Below are positions 17,711-25,981 of a stretch of 48,932 bases of DNA, piece by piece (positions within the stretch are counted from its first letter, which is position 1; each line of letters opens with the position of its first letter). The stretch comes from an uncultured Aquihabitans sp. (lineage in GTDB: Bacteria; Actinomycetota; Acidimicrobiia; Acidimicrobiales; Iamiaceae), in NCBI GenBank assembly GCA_964542495.1, contig CAZIVZ010000001.1:1-48932 (forward strand). The letters are read 5' to 3'. Both the position numbers and the translations under genes were made by a program. Below the pieces are notes generated by a model. That model was not told the origin of the DNA, ran no database searches, and saw nothing but the letters and a program-made list of their open reading frames with translations.

Positions 17711-19162
17711 TCAGATCGACGTGCCGGTGAAGGTCACCAGGCCCACCTGCTCGAGGTACAGCGCGGCGCCACCCACCAGGCACACCAGCGCGTAGGCCAC
17801 GAGCAGCGGCGCGACCATGCGCTGGCGCAGGGGCCACGACCGGAACGAGCGCCAGTCCGTCGCCAGGTCCAGCATCCAGCGGGCCAGGTACAGGTAGGCG
17901 ATCCAGGCCACGCTGTAGGCCACCCGGCCGATGTTGCCCTCGGTGCTGCGCCCGCCCGTCTCGGCGATGGTGAGCAGGGCGGCCATGGCGACCACCAGGC
18001 ACCACCCCACGAGCGCGAGCTCGCGATCGCCGCGGAGCTTGCCCCGCCCCGCCAGGACCCACAGCAGCGGCAGCACCGCCACGCCCAGGCCCGGGCCCCA
18101 CAGGTCGACGTGGCGCAAGCCGCCGAGCCACACCAGCGCCACGCCCCCCCGGCGGTCTGTGGGCATCCAGAAGGCCGAGATCGCGACCTGGACGACGGCG
18201 GTGAGCCCGAGCGGGACCCACACGAGTGCCACCGCTTCGCGGCCTCTCCGCGCGAGCGACTTCCGCCGCAGCAGCCAGATGACCAGACCGAGCGGCATGG
18301 CGAGGGTGAGCGCTGGGAGGGTGAGCGCGGTCACGACCCCCAGCACGGCGACGAGGACCCGGAGCGTGCGGCCCGGCTCTGAGCGGGAGAACGTCCGCAC
18401 GACGAGTACGAGCCACACGAGCTGCAACGGCTCGGCCAGCACGTTGGTGGGCGTCCCCCATTGGTGGAACGACGCGTTCAGACGGTCGAAGCGCAGCGAG
18501 TCGGCCCGGAACACCAGCACCTGGGGCAGCTCGGAGAAGAGGAGCCAGAGCGAGCCGGCGAGGGCCGCGGCCGCGGGGGTGCGTCGTCGGTCGCCGGCGA
18601 GCGGGCGGAGCAGGAACCGGGTGATCACCACGCCCGTGAGCGCCGCAGCCGATGCCCCGATGATGGCGGCCGAGGTCCGCACGCCGGTGCCGGGCAGCAG
18701 GGCATCGAGCAGCCGCGTGCCGACGTGGAACGCGAAGTGCGGCGCGATCACCCGAGGTGGCCACCAGGTGAGGTCGGCCGCGGCATCGAGGTGGGGGAGC
18801 CAGTCGTTGGCGAGGAACCCGTCGGCCCGGTCGTGGCTGAGGCGGAGGAACATGGGGAGCAGGGCAGCGCCCCAGACGAGTCCGCCGACTGCGCACGCGA
18901 TCCGCTCCGGCCGCGCCAGCCGCCGCTGGAGCGGGTCCAGGACCGAGGCCGCGGATCTGAGTGCTCGCCTCGCCGTGCCGGCACGCGATCGCAGGTCGAT
19001 CCGCGCCGCGACGTGCCGTGCCCACCTCGCGACCGGGGTTCGGCGCCCTCGAACGGTCGCGTGCTGGGCGTCGTCGACCGGCTGCCAGACGCGCCAGAGC
19101 CAGACGTGGGCGAGACCGACCACGGCGACCCCCGAGGCCACCCAGAGCGGTGTGCCGGTCAA
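17711..19162 (-). CDS. Polytopic membrane protein, probable GT-C-type glycosyltransferase (paralogue of 11421-12845)
   Basis: NDWLPH, PHFAFH, HQWGTPT, ETGGRSTEGN. The TTG start at 19162 overlaps the upstream TGA, and the N-terminus VASGVAVVGLAHVWL matches the paralogue's VASGAVTLALAHLWL. Confidence 0.65.
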   Translation of the reverse strand: MTGTPLWVASGVAVVGLAHVWLWRVWQPVDDAQHATVRGRRTPVARWARHVAARIDLRSRAGTARRALRSAASVLDPLQRRLARPERIACAVGGLVWGAALLPMFLRLSHDRADGFLANDWLPHLDAAADLTWWPPRVIAPHFAFHVGTRLLDALLPGTGVRTSAAIIGASAAALTGVVITRFLLRPLAGDRRRTPAAAALAGSLWLLFSELPQVLVFRADSLRFDRLNASFHQWGTPTNVLAEPLQLVWLVLVVRTFSRSEPGRTLRVLVAVLGVVTALTLPALTLAMPLGLVIWLLRRKSLARRGREAVALVWVPLGLTAVVQVAISAFWMPTDRRGGVALVWLGGLRHVDLWGPGLGVAVLPLLWVLAGRGKLRGDRELALVGWCLVVAMAALLTIAETGGRSTEGNIGRVAYSVAWIAYLYLARWMLDLATDWRSFRSWPLRQRMVAPLLVAYALVCLVGGAALYLEQVGLVTFTGTSI

Positions 19163-19839
19163 CGGATGGAGCGCACCAGGTGGAACGCCTCGGCGGCGCG
19201 CACCCCGACGACCGTGCCCCACCTCGTGGCCTGCGCGGTCACGCCCTCCAGGGACCTCGGGTGGGGGAAGTCGCGCAGCTCCTCGCCGTAGGCCTCGAGC
19301 GCGTGCAGCTTCACGGCGAGCGTGTCGGTGACGTCGACGAACACCGACGGGTTGAACGGCGGCGCCACCGTGGTGAAGGCCCACTCGGTGGCCGACACGA
19401 CCTCGAAGCTCATGACGGTGCGGACCGGGTGCGCCGGCTGCGGCCTGGTGGCCACCAGGGTGGCCCGGGCGGTGACCTGGTGGTCGACGTTGAGGTCGCC
19501 GGCGTGGTGGGTCAGCACCAGTGACGGCTGCACCGCGGCCACGCGCTCTTCGACGATCTTGACCACGTCGAGCAGGTCGAGCTGGTCGAACCGGTTGTCG
19601 GGGAGCCCGGCGTGGGTGGGTGGCGAGGTGCCGAGCCGCTCGGCGGCTTCGACGCTCGCGTCGACCAGGGCGTGGAGCGCGTTCGGGTCCGCATCGGTCC
19701 GCCTGGCCAGTCGGGAGGTCACCCCCTCGCCGAGGATGAGCGTCTCGACGGCTCGGCCCTCCCGGGCCAGCCGTGCCATCGTGGCGCCGGCGCCGAGCAC
19801 CTCGTCGTCGGGGTGGGCGGCGACGACGAGCACGGTCAC
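19159..19839 (-). CDS. PIG-L/LmbE family N-acetylhexosamine deacetylase
   Basis: VAAHPDDEVLG, LPDNRFD, THHAGDLNVDH, FVDVTDTL..KL.AL..Y..E.R.FPHPRS, AEAF. Confidence 0.93.
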   Translation of the reverse strand: MTVLVVAAHPDDEVLGAGATMARLAREGRAVETLILGEGVTSRLARRTDADPNALHALVDASVEAAERLGTSPPTHAGLPDNRFDQLDLLDVVKIVEERVAAVQPSLVLTHHAGDLNVDHQVTARATLVATRPQPAHPVRTVMSFEVVSATEWAFTTVAPPFNPSVFVDVTDTLAVKLHALEAYGEELRDFPHPRSLEGVTAQATRWGTVVGVRAAEAFHLVRSIR

Positions 19840-19946
19840 GGCGATCCCTCGCTTGAGCGGGCGGGACGGCCCGGCAAGCCGAGGTCCGAGCCGCCTGACC
19901 GCGACCACGGTCGACCTCGTGGCGCGCGCTCTAAGGTTCCGAAGGC

Positions 19947-20408
19947 ATGGAGACGGAGGATGCGCCGCAGCGTACCGGTTGGGTCCAGGCCACCCATTCG
20001 AGTGCCCTGGCGGCGGCCATCACCCTGCTCGGCGCGGCCGTGGCCTTCGACGTCACCTCGACCCGGGCCGATGACCAGTTCATCTACGCGAGGGGCGCGT
20101 TCACCCTCACCAAGCTGGGGCTGGCGGTCGGGATCTTGGCGGTGGTCCTCCTGGTGGTCGAGCTCGCCTCGTGGCCGCAGGGCGGCACCCGGCGCCAGGG
20201 GCTGGTGCACCTCGCGGCCATGGATGTCACGATCCTGTGGTTCGCGCTCCGCTACCTCGATCGCCGGTCGGCACCGCTCGTCCCGTCGGGCGATCTCCTG
20301 ATCCTGGTGTCGGCGATGGTGATCGCCGCCTCCGGGGTCACCCACCTCTGGTACCTGATGCACGTGCGCCCGGGCAGCCGGCCTGGCGAGCGCGTCGGGG
20401 CGACGTGA
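19947..20408 (+). CDS. Small four-TM membrane protein (DUF2231-like, divergent)
   Basis: Four hydrophobic segments; AFDV, GGTRRQGLVHL pattern; TAAGGT upstream; stop coupled to the next gene (GTGA). Confidence 0.6.
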   Translation: METEDAPQRTGWVQATHSSALAAAITLLGAAVAFDVTSTRADDQFIYARGAFTLTKLGLAVGILAVVLLVVELASWPQGGTRRQGLVHLAAMDVTILWFALRYLDRRSAPLVPSGDLLILVSAMVIAASGVTHLWYLMHVRPGSRPGERVGAT

Positions 20409-22018
20409 TCGCCTCCGGCGAGGCCGAACCCGGCACCGTGCCCCCGGTGGGTCCTGGTCCCGGCGGGGTCGTGCTGGTGTGCTGGTCGGGAGCCGGAGCG
20501 CCCCCGGACCGCTCGGCGTTCGGGGACGACCGCGACGCCGTCCGCACCTACGACCTCGCGAGCGGAGGCCTGGCCGGCGTGGTCCAGGAGGCGCTCGCGT
20601 GCGATGCCAGGGTGGTGCACCTGCCCGCCCTGTTGGGGCGGTGGTTGCCGCCGCTCGATGCCGGAGCGGTGCCCACGGCCGAGCGGACGGTGGTGCTCGA
20701 CGGGGCCACGCTCGACCCGCGGTCGGTGGCCGGGGTCCGGGAGGCGTTCGGCCCCGACACGCACGTGGTCGCCGCGCCGGGCGCTGGCGGCGGACCGGCC
20801 CTCTGGGAGGTGGAGGCTCGCCTACGGGCGCTTGCCGGCGTCGCCGATGCCGTGGCCGCTCCCGCTCGGGACGGAGGCCCCGTCCACGCCTGGATCGCGC
20901 TGGAAGCCGGTGCCGCGGTCGACCCCGTGGCGGTGGAGGCGGCGGTGGGTGCGCCCCCGGCGTTCGTGGGGCTCGTCACCGGCTCGCTGGCCGACGTGCC
21001 GGGGAGCATCTGGTCGACGCCGGGCCCGGGTCCGGGGACCCGGCCCCGCGAGCTCGGCTGCCCCCGGCTGGCGCGAGATGACGTCGAGCGCGACCTCCTC
21101 GCCGCGTTGGCGCAGTTCACCGAGTTCACGCCGCTCGGGATCGACGACCGCTTGGTCGACGTCGGCTGCACCGAGGAGTGCTCGGCGTGGCTCGCAGACG
21201 ACGTCAGATCCCGCTTCGGCGTGCCGATCCGAGCCGCCGAGCTCATCGAGCTCCCCACCGTGGGCGACCTGGCCGAGGTCATCCGCCGAGATCGGGGCCG
21301 GAGCGTCCGCCGACCGGTGACGGTGACGCTCGCGGCGGGGTCACCGACGGTGCCGACCCTCTTCCTCGTCCACGACCTCGACGGCTCCCCGTTCGGCCAG
21401 ATCGACCTGGCCGCCCATCTCGGTCGGCGGGTCGTGGGGTTCGAGTCCCCCCTCCTCGCCGGGACGCCCTCACCGTTCGAGCGGCTCGAGCTCATGGCGC
21501 TGCGCTACCTGGCCGACGTCCGGCGCATCCAGCCCGATGGGCCCTACCACCTGGCCGGCTGGGGGTTCGGTGGCGCCCTGGCGTTCGAGATGGCCCGCCA
21601 GCTCCTCGCCGAGGACGCCACGGTCGAGCGGCTCACGGTGGCCGACACCGGCCCCGCAGCCCTGGTACCAGGACGGGCCCCGCAACGCCGACGCCGCATC
21701 GCCGTGCCGGCGCGGCCGGCCCCCGCCGACCAGCGCGTCGGGGTGCCCGAGCGTCGCGACCACGCCCGAGCGGCCCACCAGGCGCTGCTCGACGCCTACC
21801 GCTGGCCGGTCGGCCGTCGCTACGACCTCGACGTGACCCTCGCCTGGTCGCCCCACGTGGGATCGCTCGACGCCACCATGGGGTGGGCGTCCCTGGTGGG
21901 GTCCGACCACGTGGCGGTGCGTCGGCTGGAGCCTCCCGCTGGCGACGCCGCCGATCCGGCCGCATCGCCCGGTTGGGCCGCGGTCCTCGCGGCAACACGG
22001 CCCGCTGCCGAGGACTGA
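20405..22018 (+). CDS. Degenerate NRPS-like protein (A-domain remnant, carrier domain, thioesterase), probably catalytically inactive
   Basis: EVEARLRALAGVADAVA (A sub-domain); LGIDDRLVDVGCTE...PTVGDLA (carrier domain, Ser to Glu); LFLVHDLDG, QPDGPYHLAGWGFGG (TE, Ser to Gly). Collinear with 42930-45650. Confidence 0.8.
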   Translation: MIASGEAEPGTVPPVGPGPGGVVLVCWSGAGAPPDRSAFGDDRDAVRTYDLASGGLAGVVQEALACDARVVHLPALLGRWLPPLDAGAVPTAERTVVLDGATLDPRSVAGVREAFGPDTHVVAAPGAGGGPALWEVEARLRALAGVADAVAAPARDGGPVHAWIALEAGAAVDPVAVEAAVGAPPAFVGLVTGSLADVPGSIWSTPGPGPGTRPRELGCPRLARDDVERDLLAALAQFTEFTPLGIDDRLVDVGCTEECSAWLADDVRSRFGVPIRAAELIELPTVGDLAEVIRRDRGRSVRRPVTVTLAAGSPTVPTLFLVHDLDGSPFGQIDLAAHLGRRVVGFESPLLAGTPSPFERLELMALRYLADVRRIQPDGPYHLAGWGFGGALAFEMARQLLAEDATVERLTVADTGPAALVPGRAPQRRRRIAVPARPAPADQRVGVPERRDHARAAHQALLDAYRWPVGRRYDLDVTLAWSPHVGSLDATMGWASLVGSDHVAVRRLEPPAGDAADPAASPGWAAVLAATRPAAED

Positions 22019-22071
22019 CCGAGGCGAGCCGACCGGTGAGCCGGCCGATGGCCGATGCCAGGGGTGGGGTC

Positions 22072-22077
22072 TACGAT
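22072..22077 (+). promoter_or_regulatory. Putative -10 element (TACGAT) for a leaderless transcript
   Basis: 6 nt upstream of the ATG at 22084; the same hexamer and spacing occur at 27463. Confidence 0.5.
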
Positions 22078-22083
22078 GGGGCG

Positions 22084-23028
22084 ATGGCTCGCTCGTGGTG
22101 GCCCCGACGCCGGCCGGCACCGGCAGCGTCCTCCGTGCCGGTCGACAGCCCTCCCGCGGAACCGCCCCCGACCTTCGTCGACCCGGAGCTGGAAGCCCAG
22201 TTCCGCGATGTCGGCTACGTGGTCGTGGACCTGCTCGACCCGGATCAGGTGGCCCGCCTGAACGCCACGTGCGAGCACCACCACCCCGAGGCGGTCACCA
22301 CCTGGGACTCCGACTTCTTCTCCACCTCGTTGGAGGCCAAGGCCGAGATCGCCGGCGCGATCCAGGCCGAGATCGAGCCGAAGACGGATCACGTCCTGAC
22401 CGGCCACCAGGCCATCATGACCAACTTCGCCATCAACTGGCCGGGGCCCGACGGCGGCCTGGTGCTGCACCACCACTCCTCGATCGTCGACGAGCGGACG
22501 CACCGGTCGGTCGTGGTGTGGTGCGCCATCAACGACGCCACCGAGGAGAACGGCACGCTCCACGTGGTGGAGCGCTCCCACCTGGTGCCACGAGGCGCGT
22601 GGGGCGGTGGTCGGCCCAACTGGTTCGCCGACCGCCACGACCGCCTCATCGAGGACCACCTCACCTCGATCCCGGTGCGTGCCGGCCAGGCGCTCATGTT
22701 CGACAACGCCCTGCTGCACTGCAGCTTCCCGAACGTCGCACGGGAGCCACGCCGCACCGCTCTGGCGATCATGGCGCCACGAGGGGTGCCGCTCCGCTAC
22801 TACAAGTGGGTGCCCGGGGGCACCACCCGCGCCTACGCGCTCGAGCCCGACTTCTTCCTCCGGACGATCTCCCCCTGGGGGGGGTGGGCCGAGCCCGACG
22901 AGGCCGACCTCCTGGGTGAGGAGTCCGACGAGGGCACCCTGCCGTCCGAGCAGGAGATCGATGCACTGCTCCGGCCTGGCAGCTGCCCGCACCCCGTCGA
23001 AGCGGCCGCCTGGACCAGCCACCCATGA
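22084..23028 (+). CDS. PhyH-family Fe(II)/2OG dioxygenase with HxH metal motif
   Basis: FVDPELEAQFRDVGYVVVDLLD, LHHHSSIVDERTHRS, ENGTLHVVERSH, AGQALMFDNALLHCSFPN...R. Confidence 0.88.
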   Translation: MARSWWPRRRPAPAASSVPVDSPPAEPPPTFVDPELEAQFRDVGYVVVDLLDPDQVARLNATCEHHHPEAVTTWDSDFFSTSLEAKAEIAGAIQAEIEPKTDHVLTGHQAIMTNFAINWPGPDGGLVLHHHSSIVDERTHRSVVVWCAINDATEENGTLHVVERSHLVPRGAWGGGRPNWFADRHDRLIEDHLTSIPVRAGQALMFDNALLHCSFPNVAREPRRTALAIMAPRGVPLRYYKWVPGGTTRAYALEPDFFLRTISPWGGWAEPDEADLLGEESDEGTLPSEQEIDALLRPGSCPHPVEAAAWTSHP

Positions 23029-24485
23029 CCGCCCGGCGCCGCCCCGCGTGCCTGGCGCCCTCCACCTCCCTGCACCTCGACCCCCATGGGGACGTGCGGG
23101 CGTGCTGCCAGAACTCGTGGTTCCTCCTCGGCCGCTACCCCCAGCAGTCGCTCGAGGAGATCTGGCAGGGGACGGCGGCGCAGGAGCTGCGGGACCGGCT
23201 GGACGTCGGCGACTTCTCGGCGGGGTGCCATGCCTGCGCTGCGGGCTCGCTCGACGACCTGCGGGGGGCCACCTACGCGAGGCGGTTCGACCACCTCGTG
23301 GCGCCCGACGTCGCGCTCCCGCTCTGGCCCGTCCAGCTCGAGCTCCAGCTCAGCACCCGCTGCAACCTCCAGTGCACGATGTGCACCGGCCAGCTGTCCT
23401 CGGCCATCCGGGCCCAGCGCGAGCACCTCCCGCCCCTGCCCCGTCCCTACGACGACGCGTTCTTCGGCCAGCTCCGCCCGTTCCTGGCGCACGTGGAGCG
23501 GATCGAGCTCCTGGGCGGCGAGCCGTTCCTGGCCGAGGAGACGAAGACCCTCGTTGCGATGCTCGACGACCTCGGCCGTCGGCCCCGGATCCACGTCACC
23601 ACCAACGGCACGATCTGGACCCCCTGGGTCGAGTCGTTCCTCACCCGATTCGACGTCGACGTCACCATCTCGATCGAGGGCTCGACCGCCGCCGTCTTCG
23701 AGTCCATCAGGGTCGGTGCGTCGTTCTCCACGGTGATCGAGAACCTGGCGCGCTTCACCGCCGCGGCCCGTCCCGGCACCACCGTCGACCTGGCCACCTG
23801 CCTCATGCGCGAGAGCGTGGGGGACCTCCACGGCCTGCTGCGGCGGGCCGACGCGGCCGACATCGACGTCTACGTCAACACGGTGACCGACCCGTCGTCG
23901 TCGAGCCTCGCGCTGATGCCGGCCGACGAGCTGAGGTCGGTGCTCGCCGAGCTGGAGGCCCAGGGTGCGGTGGCCCCGCTCACGAGGAACCGGGCCGTCT
24001 GGGACCGAGAGCTGCACCGGCTCCGTCGCCTCCTCGCCGAGCAGCTCTCGCGATCCGGCGGCGCGCCGCGAGGCGACCAGGCCGGCCCGGACGAGGATCT
24101 GCGTGCCTGGGCAGCGGGAAGCTCGGTGCACACCTTCCTGGCCGACAGCCACCAGGTGCTGGTTGCGGTCGAGCCCGACGCCTCCGACGTGTTCGGGCTC
24201 GACCTCCGTCCCGTCCTCGGCCGCCCCCTGGAGACCTGGATCGAGCCCCTGCGGGCCCGGTACGGCGCCGTCGTCGCCTCCAACCGCTCGCGGCGAGGTG
24301 ACGGCGGGGAGGAGTGGGTGCTGCACCTCGACGGCGACCTCGGCCCCCAGACGGTCCGGGCCCGCCGCGCTCCCGAGCCGGGCGGGGACCGCTGGTTCGT
24401 GCACCTCCGGCCCGGCCATCACGCCGCGGTGCAGGGCGCCGTCGCGGTGGACGAGCCCGTGCGGCGCGTGGCGATCGAGAGCTGA
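23025..24485 (+). CDS. N-Twitch radical SAM protein with C-terminal PAS-like domain
   Basis: CLAPSTSLHLDPHGDVRACC...CHAC; CNLQCTMC; LGGEPF; VTTNG. ATGA overlap with the upstream gene. Confidence 0.92.
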   Translation: MTARRRPACLAPSTSLHLDPHGDVRACCQNSWFLLGRYPQQSLEEIWQGTAAQELRDRLDVGDFSAGCHACAAGSLDDLRGATYARRFDHLVAPDVALPLWPVQLELQLSTRCNLQCTMCTGQLSSAIRAQREHLPPLPRPYDDAFFGQLRPFLAHVERIELLGGEPFLAEETKTLVAMLDDLGRRPRIHVTTNGTIWTPWVESFLTRFDVDVTISIEGSTAAVFESIRVGASFSTVIENLARFTAAARPGTTVDLATCLMRESVGDLHGLLRRADAADIDVYVNTVTDPSSSSLALMPADELRSVLAELEAQGAVAPLTRNRAVWDRELHRLRRLLAEQLSRSGGAPRGDQAGPDEDLRAWAAGSSVHTFLADSHQVLVAVEPDASDVFGLDLRPVLGRPLETWIEPLRARYGAVVASNRSRRGDGGEEWVLHLDGDLGPQTVRARRAPEPGGDRWFVHLRPGHHAAVQGAVAVDEPVRRVAIES

Positions 24486-24493
24486 GCGCCGCC

Positions 24494-25981
24494 GTGAGCC
24501 TCGCCGTCACCACGCCCGCCCGGTCGTGCCAGGCCCCGTGGACGAGCCTCCACCTGGATCCTCGGGGCTGGGTCACGGCCTGCACCGTCAACAAGCGGGA
24601 CCCGATCGGCCACGTGCACGACGGCGCGTTGATCGACCTCTGGCGCAGCGAGCGCGAGCGGCGGTTCCGGACCCTGTTCGACGACGGGGCGGTGGCGCCC
24701 GGATGCGGGTTGTGTCGCTGGCAGCGCGAGTCTGCCGGGGACGCCGCCATGTACGCGCGGGTGTACGACCACCTCGCCCCCCGTGCCGATGCCGACTGGC
24801 CGGTCCACCTGGAGCTCACGCTCTCCTCCGACTGCAACCTCGCCTGCGCGATGTGCAACGGTGCGTTCTCGTCCACGATCAGGCGCCGCCGGGAGGGGTT
24901 GGCCCCGATGCGCTCGCCCTACGGCGACGAGTTCTTCGAGCAACTGCCGGCACTGCTGGCTCACCTTCACACCACCAAGTTCCTGGGGGGTGAGCCGTTC
25001 CTGGCCAAGGAGAACCTCCGGGTGTGGGAGCTCATGGCGGACCAGCCGGAGCGGCCTGCCTGCCACGTCACCACCAACGGCACGGTGTACACGGCGCGTG
25101 TGGCCGACGTCCTGGCCGAGGTGCCGATGTCGATCGCGGTGTCCATGGACGGCGTGACGGCCCCCACCGTCGAGCGGATCCGAAGCGGTGCCGACCTGGG
25201 GACCATCCTTACCAACCTCGACCGGTTCCAGGACCACGTCGAACGGCACGGGACCGACCTGTCGCTCACGTTCTGCCTCATGGTCGAGAACTGGTCGGAG
25301 CTGCCCGACTTCCTCGTGTTCGCCGAGCAGCGCGACCTGTCCGTGTACGTCAACACCGTGGTGAGCCCTATCCGCTTCAGCCTCTACCACCTCTCGGCCC
25401 CGCAGTTGGCCGAGGTGGTGGATGCGCTGGCCGGGAGCGACCAGCGCATGGAGGTGCTGCTCGACCGCAACCTGGCGGTGTGGCGCGACCAGCTCCACCG
25501 GCTCCGCCACGCGCTCGCCGAGCCGCTCGACAAGAGCGAGATCCCCGTCCACCTTCCCGCCCTCCGGCGACCCCCGACGTTGCCGATCCCCGCCAACCCG
25601 ACCCCCGTCGCCGCCGAGGAGGAGCTCGCCCGGTGGTCGGGCCAGGCCGGCGTGGGCCGCTTGCGGGTCGATGCCGACGGGCGGATCGGTGACGTCGATG
25701 CCGACGCCGTGGCCGGCATCAACCTCGACCGGATGGCCGGCCTCGGCATCGACGAGCTCTTCCTCTGGCTGCAGTCCGCGTACGGTCGCCTGGATGCGTC
25801 CCACTACCTCGTGCACGCGCCGGAGTCGGGTGACCGCGTCCTGGGCTTCGGCGCCGGCGACGGCGGGACCGAGGTCCGGATGATCAGCGGCGCCGATCCC
25901 GACGGTGGCGCGTGGTGGCGGCTGGCCGCGCGCCCGACGCCTCCGGACGCAACCGCCGATCCGACCGGCTCGTCGTCGTGA
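24494..25981 (+). CDS. N-Twitch radical SAM protein with C-terminal PAS-like domain
   Basis: CQAPWTSLHLDPRGWVTAC...CGLC; CNLACAMC; LGGEPF; VTTNG; VSMDG. GTG start at 24494 inferred. Confidence 0.92.
   Translation: MSLAVTTPARSCQAPWTSLHLDPRGWVTACTVNKRDPIGHVHDGALIDLWRSERERRFRTLFDDGAVAPGCGLCRWQRESAGDAAMYARVYDHLAPRADADWPVHLELTLSSDCNLACAMCNGAFSSTIRRRREGLAPMRSPYGDEFFEQLPALLAHLHTTKFLGGEPFLAKENLRVWELMADQPERPACHVTTNGTVYTARVADVLAEVPMSIAVSMDGVTAPTVERIRSGADLGTILTNLDRFQDHVERHGTDLSLTFCLMVENWSELPDFLVFAEQRDLSVYVNTVVSPIRFSLYHLSAPQLAEVVDALAGSDQRMEVLLDRNLAVWRDQLHRLRHALAEPLDKSEIPVHLPALRRPPTLPIPANPTPVAAEEELARWSGQAGVGRLRVDADGRIGDVDADAVAGINLDRMAGLGIDELFLWLQSAYGRLDASHYLVHAPESGDRVLGFGAGDGGTEVRMISGADPDGGAWWRLAARPTPPDATADPTGSSS

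Noticed and set aside
22468-22476. Fe/2OG halogenase
   Set aside because: Halogenases have HxA or HxG; none of the seven PhyH proteins shows this.
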